Below the pieces are notes generated by a model. It was not told the origin of the DNA and did not search any database. It saw only the letters and a list, made by a program, of their open reading frames with translations. Positions 58,459-64,000 of a DNA stretch of 64,000 bases are shown here, piece by piece. Source of the stretch: an uncultured Verrucomicrobiae bacterium (lineage in GTDB: Bacteria > Verrucomicrobiota > Verrucomicrobiia > Chthoniobacterales > JAFAMB01); contig CAVXLD010000001.1 in assembly GCA_963762565.1 (NCBI GenBank), forward strand, positions 256,001-320,000. Direction: 5' to 3'. Positions within the stretch are counted from its first letter, which is position 1. Each line of letters begins with the position of its first letter. Position numbers and translations under genes: made by a program.

Positions 58459-58625
58459 TCCCCGCGCGCCGGGAACAGGTCTGAATTGTGGATATAGCCG
58501 AACGCTTGATTGGGTCCATGCTGGGCTTCGAAACAAACGGATCGCGAGGATCCGCCGGCGCCAAGTCGGGCTCGCACGGCTAGCTTATTCAAGAGGGCTA
58601 TGGCGGACAGGCAGCGATCCCTCCC
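58459..58625. repeat. Family G REP remnants with interrupted right REP
   Basis: CGGATCGCGAGGA[TCCGCC...GCTATGGCGGACAGGCA]GCGATCCCTCCC. Confidence 0.6.
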
Positions 58626-58737
58626 CTATCCCCATCAAAAATTGCCTGCTCATTTTTTATCGATACAGGCTTTTGAGTTGCAAACCCCCAAGGCGCAGCT
58701 ATCTATTCGATCCACCAAAACCGGGAGTATCCGCGCT

Positions 58738-59139
58738 ATGAACATAATCCAGAAGATTGAGAAAGAGCAGCTTAAGCCCGAAATCACCCCATTCCGGGTG
58801 GGCGACACCGTTAAGGTCCATACGAGGGTGGTTGAAGGAGACAAGGAGAGAATTCAGCTTTTCAGCGGGATCGTGATCGGCAAGCGCGGAAGCGGATTAA
58901 ATGCTTTCTTTACCGTGCGCCGAATTTCATACGGCGAAGGCGTTGAACGAATGTTCCCGCTCCATTCTCCACGAATCGCCAAAATCGAAGTTGAACGCCA
59001 AGGCAACGTCCGGCGCGCAAAACTCAATTATCTCCGCTCCCGGAAAGGCAAACAAGCCGTCACGGTAAAAGAGAGAGTGCAGACGTCTTCGGTGAAAGAG
59101 ACGGCGCAGGCCTCGAAAGAGACGGCGCAGGCTTCTTAA
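58738..59139 (+). CDS. rplS: 50S ribosomal protein L19
   Basis: [33 protein letters not shown]. Confidence 0.97.
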   Translation: MNIIQKIEKEQLKPEITPFRVGDTVKVHTRVVEGDKERIQLFSGIVIGKRGSGLNAFFTVRRISYGEGVERMFPLHSPRIAKIEVERQGNVRRAKLNYLRSRKGKQAVTVKERVQTSSVKETAQASKETAQAS

Positions 59140-59145
59140 GGAGCC

Positions 59146-59381
59146 GGTAGGGCCAGGCTCCGGGACGGCCGAGAGAAGTCCAACAAAGCGACTCGGTTTC
59201 ATTACAGACGCTGCACGCAGCCCCGACTCGCTGCCGAGCCGATTCCAGCGTCTGGTACTGTCGAGCACGGGGTAAACCCTGGGTCCGGCTCGGCGGCTTT
59301 TTCGACTACTACTACCCTTGGTCTGGGCAAGCGAAGCCGCGTTGCGAAATTTTGACGGCCTTTCCGGAGCCTCGCCCCACC
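59146..59381. repeat. Family B element
   Basis: GGTAGGGCCAGGCTCC..TGCCGAGCCG..CGGCTCGGCG..CCGGAGCCTCGCCCCACC. Confidence 0.85.
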
Positions 59382-59400
59382 AACTTTTCGCCGTTTCGCC

Positions 59401-60174
59401 TCACTCAAATCCCCCTCGAGAACGCAGCACTTGACCCGTAATCCAGCCTCCTTCCGGCCCAGCTAGAAAGCCAATCAAACGAGCCGCATCTTCCGGTTGG
59501 CCGATGCGCCCGAGCGCAAAGCGACTCAAAAACTGCCGTTGAAGCTCTGGAGTGATCCAACCGGAATCCGTCGGGCCAGGATCGACCGCATTTACGGTGA
59601 TGCCCAGATGTCCGACTTCGGCTGCAAAGGTGATGGTGAACGCGTCGAGACCGGCCTTCGTCACCGCATAGGCGAGCGTTCCCCGCATCGGGCCGAACAT
59701 CTGGCCTGAAGTCATTGAAATAACCCGGCTCGCACCTTTCCCGCCGAATCGCCGGACAAATTCCATACTCAACAGAACCGGGGCCCTGGTATTCAGAACG
59801 TAATGACGATCCAGTGTCTCGGCGTCCAAGGTGTCAATTGAGTCACGGGCCCAGAAACAAGCGTTGTTCACCAGAATCTGAGCAACGCCGAATCTGGCTT
59901 GGACGGCGTCCCATAGCTTTCGAGGAGCCTCAGTGAGCGACAGATCGACTGGATTCCATTCGGCTTCGACACCTAGCTTTCGCAGTTCCTCAGCCAAAAG
60001 CAGCGGCTCATTCGGCCGAGTTTCCCCCGGTTGCTGGTCGTCATATTCCAGCCACCCGGTCATGAACAAATGAGCGCCGCGTTTTGCGAGCTCCCGGGCA
60101 ATCGCCGCCCCAATGCCTCTTTCCCGGCTGACTCCGGTAACCACTGCCACTTGTCCTGCTAGGGGAACATTCAT
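59401..60174 (-). CDS. SDR-family oxidoreductase
   Basis: TGVSRERGIG, LVNNA, YAVTK, VDPGPTD. Confidence 0.92.
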   Translation of the reverse strand: MNVPLAGQVAVVTGVSRERGIGAAIARELAKRGAHLFMTGWLEYDDQQPGETRPNEPLLLAEELRKLGVEAEWNPVDLSLTEAPRKLWDAVQARFGVAQILVNNACFWARDSIDTLDAETLDRHYVLNTRAPVLLSMEFVRRFGGKGASRVISMTSGQMFGPMRGTLAYAVTKAGLDAFTITFAAEVGHLGITVNAVDPGPTDSGWITPELQRQFLSRFALGRIGQPEDAARLIGFLAGPEGGWITGQVLRSRGGFE

Positions 60175-60425
60175 TGCCACGGTACTTACACGCTCGACGT
60201 TCGTGGTCAAAGAGGTGCGCACCAGAGCAATGGCTCGGTTCTCGCACCTGAGATGACGCTGGGAGGGTAGCCCGGATATGACTTATATGACTTATACAAC
60301 TTATAAGCATATACGTCCTATAGGTCATATAAGTCCTATTCGGGCGCCTGTCCTTCCGCACCTTTCTAACACTGACGCGGCACCTCCTTCGCCCTTTCGC
60401 CGATACGCCCATCCGCCCCACGCCC

Positions 60426-61214
60426 CTACGCCACCACAACCTGCACGCCGGCCTCTTTCAGCGCTGCCGCCAGCTCCTCCGACGGCTCAGCGTCGGTCAC
60501 CAGAATTTGCATCGCGCTCAGCCCGGCAATCTGGGCAAACGAGTGTTTGCCCAACTTGGATGAATCCGCCAGAACGATCGTGCGCTGGGCAGCGCCCATC
60601 ATGGCAGCGATCATGGACGCCTCTTCCAGGACGGTGGTGGTGAGCCCTTCCTGGGCGGTGATTCCGCCAACGCCGATTATAGCGGTATCAACGGAGATCT
60701 GGATTCCAGACGCCAACACCGGACCGATCGTTACCTGTGCCTCCGGCCGGAATTGGCCGCCCATGACGTATACGTCTCGGATCAGCTCGGTCGAGAGCAC
60801 ACCTGGTACGCTGAGATTGTTCGTCACCACCGTGAGATATTGCTGGTTTAGCTCCGCCGCGAACAACCGCGTGGTGGACCCACCATTGATTAAGAGGGTC
60901 TCGCCGTCGCTAATCAGAGCCGCCGCCGCCTTAGCGATCCGTTGCTTTTCCGGCGTGCGAGTATTCAGCCTCTGCAGGAACGGCGAATCCCGATGAACCA
61001 AGGTTGTGATGGTTACAGCGCCGCCGTGAGTTCGGGTTAATGCTCCTTTTTCCGCCAATGCGTCCAGGTCGCGCCGGACCGTGTCCTCCGAGACATTAAA
61101 GTATTCCGAAATATCGGCGACGGACATCTGGCCCTTTATTTCGAGAAGCTTCAACACCTCGTTTTGACGTTGCGCCGGTAATGCGGGTTTCCGCGGCAAA
61201 TCGACCTCATCCAT
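60426..61214 (-). CDS. DeoR/GlpR transcriptional regulator
   Basis: VSEDTVRRDL, RTHGGA, LADSSK. Confidence 0.94.
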   Translation of the reverse strand: MDEVDLPRKPALPAQRQNEVLKLLEIKGQMSVADISEYFNVSEDTVRRDLDALAEKGALTRTHGGAVTITTLVHRDSPFLQRLNTRTPEKQRIAKAAAALISDGETLLINGGSTTRLFAAELNQQYLTVVTNNLSVPGVLSTELIRDVYVMGGQFRPEAQVTIGPVLASGIQISVDTAIIGVGGITAQEGLTTTVLEEASMIAAMMGAAQRTIVLADSSKLGKHSFAQIAGLSAMQILVTDAEPSEELAAALKEAGVQVVVA

Positions 61215-61308
61215 TGGAGAATCCGGCACATTCTGCCACAAAACTGCGTTAATCCAAGGCAAATACGCATTGACTATGCATTTTTATGCGCCTATCTATC
61301 TTATAAAC

Positions 61309-62694
61309 ATGCATAAAAACGCGTTCCCCCATGACGAATCTGATCCCGGTCCGTCCTGCCGGTCAGATATAAACTCTGATAATTCAGAGGCGGCCGACCT
61401 TTCGCCTGCATTGCGCGATGGATTGAATCGGCGCGATTTTATCAGGCGGAGCGGACTGGCTTTAGCCGGCGCAGCCGCAGCCTCCACCTTTGTCGGCCCA
61501 CGCCGCGTGTATGCAGCCGGCCCGGTCGAACTCACCTTTGCCAGCGCTAAGTTTTTCGGGAAAGAGACGATCGCCGAGGTCGTGAAATCGTTTAACGACT
61601 CTCAAAGCAAAATCCACGTCACCTACAAAGAGCTGCCACCACCCAGTTCCTCTACCGAAGTGCATCAATCCCTGGTGCAACAACTGGCGAGGCGAAATGG
61701 CGACCCGGACGTATTCACGTTGGACATTATCTGGATCGCGGAGTTCGCGGCAGCGAAATGGGCCGCCCAGCTGGATCAGTATTTCAAGGATAGCACCAGC
61801 GAATATTTCCCGGGCATGGTTCAAGGCTGCACCTGGCAAAACAAGCTGGTGGCGTTGCCCTGGTTTGTCGACTCGGGCATGCTCTACTACCGAAAGGATC
61901 TTGTGACATCAGCGCCCGCGACTTGGGATGACCTGATTGCGAGCGCCAAAGAGGCGACTGGGTCTGGCAAAGCAAAGTTCGGTTTCCTTTGGCAAGCGAA
62001 ACAAGCGGAGGTGCTGGTCTGCGATTTGGTTTCGTTCATCGGATCAAACGGAGGCTCTATTCTGGAGCCGGACGGCAAAACCGTGTCGATTGCGGACGAA
62101 CCGGCCGTTCAGGCGGTGCAATTGATGTATGACCTGATCAACAAAGAAAAAATAACCCCGGCCGACGTCTTGAGCTGGGATGAAGAACCTTCACGCCGCC
62201 CGTTCACCGGGGGTGAAGCCGCTTTCTTACGGAACTGGTCCTATGTTTGGAAGATCGCTCAAAGCGAGGCCGAATCGAAGGTGGTCGGTCAAGTGGCGGT
62301 GGTGCCGCTCCCTCACTTTTCGGACAAGAAAAGCGCTGCCTGTTTGGGCGGTTACCAGTACGGGATCAACGCATCGAGCAAAAAACTAGAGGCCGCAGTT
62401 GAGTTTGCGCGGTGGATGTCTTCTCCGGAGACACAGCTTCGATTCGCGACCCAGCTTGGTCTTTGCCCCACCAGAGCCGCGGTCTTTGAGCAACCGGAGA
62501 TCGGGACGGAACAACCTTTTATGCAACAACTCAAGGACGTCTTCCTGGGCGCGATTCCGCGGCCGGTGACACCAAAATACCCGCAAGTCACCTTGGCCTT
62601 GCAGTCAGCGGTATCGACCGCGTTAACCAACGGCAAAGTCGAGGAGTCACTCAAGGCCGCCAAACAAAAGATCGAAGCGATCGTTAAGGCGTAG
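61309..62694 (+). CDS. Tat-exported sugar ABC transporter substrate-binding protein
   Basis: NRRDFI Tat motif; DIIWIAEFA, LYYRKDL, FLRNW; start uncertain. Confidence 0.9.
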   Translation: MHKNAFPHDESDPGPSCRSDINSDNSEAADLSPALRDGLNRRDFIRRSGLALAGAAAASTFVGPRRVYAAGPVELTFASAKFFGKETIAEVVKSFNDSQSKIHVTYKELPPPSSSTEVHQSLVQQLARRNGDPDVFTLDIIWIAEFAAAKWAAQLDQYFKDSTSEYFPGMVQGCTWQNKLVALPWFVDSGMLYYRKDLVTSAPATWDDLIASAKEATGSGKAKFGFLWQAKQAEVLVCDLVSFIGSNGGSILEPDGKTVSIADEPAVQAVQLMYDLINKEKITPADVLSWDEEPSRRPFTGGEAAFLRNWSYVWKIAQSEAESKVVGQVAVVPLPHFSDKKSAACLGGYQYGINASSKKLEAAVEFARWMSSPETQLRFATQLGLCPTRAAVFEQPEIGTEQPFMQQLKDVFLGAIPRPVTPKYPQVTLALQSAVSTALTNGKVEESLKAAKQKIEAIVKA

Positions 62695-62708
62695 GAACGA
62701 GAAAACTT

Positions 62709-62802
62709 GGTAGGGCGAGGCTCCGGAAAGACCTCATCACTTCTGAATGGCGATGGCTTTGAACCAGAATCCGATCTCCCGCCTCGATGCGCCGCTGAGC
62801 CG
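62709..62802. repeat. Left half of a family B element
   Basis: GGTAGGGCGAGGCTCCG, 67 nt, CGCTGAGCCG. Confidence 0.75.
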
Positions 62803-62814
62803 CATGGCCCAGGA

Positions 62815-63011
62815 CCTGGAGGGGAGCCGCTTTGTAAGTCGGCAGCTCTGCAGGTCGTCAGCGGCTCCGAGAAGGCCCAGCGGTGTGCAGTTCTATGGGA
62901 GTCGTCTGGACCGATCGCGCTTGAACGGAGCCGTTGGGTGAAAGTATCACGCTGGGTTATTCCGGGAGCCGTGCTGCCAACCGATAGACGGCAAAGCGGC
63001 TCCCCTCCAGG
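62815..63011. repeat. Family A element
   Basis: CCTGGAGGGGAGCCGCTTTG ... CAAAGCGGCTCCCCTCCAGG. Confidence 0.88.
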
Positions 63012-63076
63012 CGCTGGGCTGGAGAAGATACGTGTTCATCAGGAAGACGAACGGAAATCATGTTGAGTTAACATCT

Positions 63077-64000
63077 ATGCCAGTGGCGAGAACCATCACC
63101 CATGTAGACCTCGGCCCAGGGATCAAGGCGCCGCGATGGCGGCTGCCCGGTCCCTGGCTGCTATTGGTTCCTGCATTAGGAGCTATCGGAGCGGTGTCGG
63201 TCTATCCGGTGCTCCTAGGACTGTGGCTCTCGTTTCGAAACACGACCTTATCGTCTCCGGACGATGCGTTTATTGGAGTCAGCAATTATCTCCAATTGTT
63301 TTCCGACGGCCAATTCTGGAATGCCTGGACGCACACGGTTGAGTTCACCGGGGTATCAACCCTTCTGGAGACAGTCATCGGGCTGGGTATGGCGTTGCTG
63401 CTCACCGAACGCTTCTTAGGCCGCGGGATCGTCAGAGCGGCCATGCTGATTCCCTGGGCGATTCCAACCGTGGTCACATCGAAAATGTTCGGCTGGTTAT
63501 TCGACGGTCAAAATGGATTGGTGAACTATCTGGCTCGTTGTATCGGGCTGATCCATACCAACATCAACTGGTATGGATCAACCGAGTTCGCTTTGCCCAC
63601 CATCGTGATGGCGGACGTATGGAAAACCACGCCCTTCATGGCGTTGTTGCTCCTAGCTGGTCTGCAAACCATTCCCCGCTCCTTGACCGAGGCTGCCAGC
63701 ATCGATGGAGCAAATCCCTGGCAACAGTTTTGGCTGGTCCGATTCCCCTTGCTGACTCCGAGTCTCCTGATTGCCGCTATGTTCAGAGCGTTGGATGCTT
63801 TCCGGATTTTTGATCTGGTCTACGTCCTGACCGGCGGGGGACCGGCGGACTCGACGGAGGTCCTGTCCACATTGACTTATAAGAACCTCTTCTCCGCCCT
63901 CCAGTTCGGATACGGATCCGCGCTCTCGACCATCATGTTTTTGACGGAAATCGTCATCGCGATCGGCTTTGGCGTCTTTCTGTTAAAAAGGTTCCGGGAG
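63077..64000 (+). CDS. Sugar ABC transporter permease, runs off the window
   Basis: Manual translation MPVART..FIGVSNY..LIPWAIP..EAASIDGA (EAA loop); absent from the ORF track because it has no stop in the window. Confidence 0.9.
   Translation, partial: MPVARTITHVDLGPGIKAPRWRLPGPWLLLVPALGAIGAVSVYPVLLGLWLSFRNTTLSSPDDAFIGVSNYLQLFSDGQFWNAWTHTVEFTGVSTLLETVIGLGMALLLTERFLGRGIVRAAMLIPWAIPTVVTSKMFGWLFDGQNGLVNYLARCIGLIHTNINWYGSTEFALPTIVMADVWKTTPFMALLLLAGLQTIPRSLTEAASIDGANPWQQFWLVRFPLLTPSLLIAAMFRALDAFRIFDLVYVLTGGGPADSTEVLSTLTYKNLFSALQFGYGSALSTIMFLTEIVIAIGFGVFLLKRFRE

Noticed and set aside
58510..58737. 76-aa extension of L19
   Set aside because: Overlaps repeat remnants; L19 homology starts at 58738.
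1..64000. tRNA/rRNA genes, prophage, autonomous transposase
   Set aside because: None recognised by eye; tRNAscan and Rfam were not run.

Overview
A 64-kb chromosomal segment, most likely from a Verrucomicrobiota (Chthoniobacterales-like) bacterium; the taxonomy is inferred from gene content and protein style. It carries mostly housekeeping and metabolic genes: mtnP, cdsA-dxr-rseP-ispG, smc, serS, purH, pdxJ-acpS-scpA-scpB-pheA, gltB, rplS, transporters and regulators. I recognised no tRNA, rRNA, CRISPR array or intact transposase. The unusual signal is in the spacers, almost all of which contain non-autonomous palindromic elements. These are at least four REP/REPIN-like families, several inverted micro-tandem-repeat families and an IS481-like MITE. 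They nest inside one another, bracket small accessory genes (Uma2 nuclease, a HipA-N remnant) and have entered coding sequence (ispG linker, a lipoprotein signal peptide, the smc stop codon). One family keeps fixed-length (~67 nt) but sequence-variable arms between conserved blocks. Two other highlights are tandem PQQ-propeller-like paralogs differing at a D-x-D versus D-x-A motif and tandem NrdR-like boxes upstream of smc. All alignments were done by eye.
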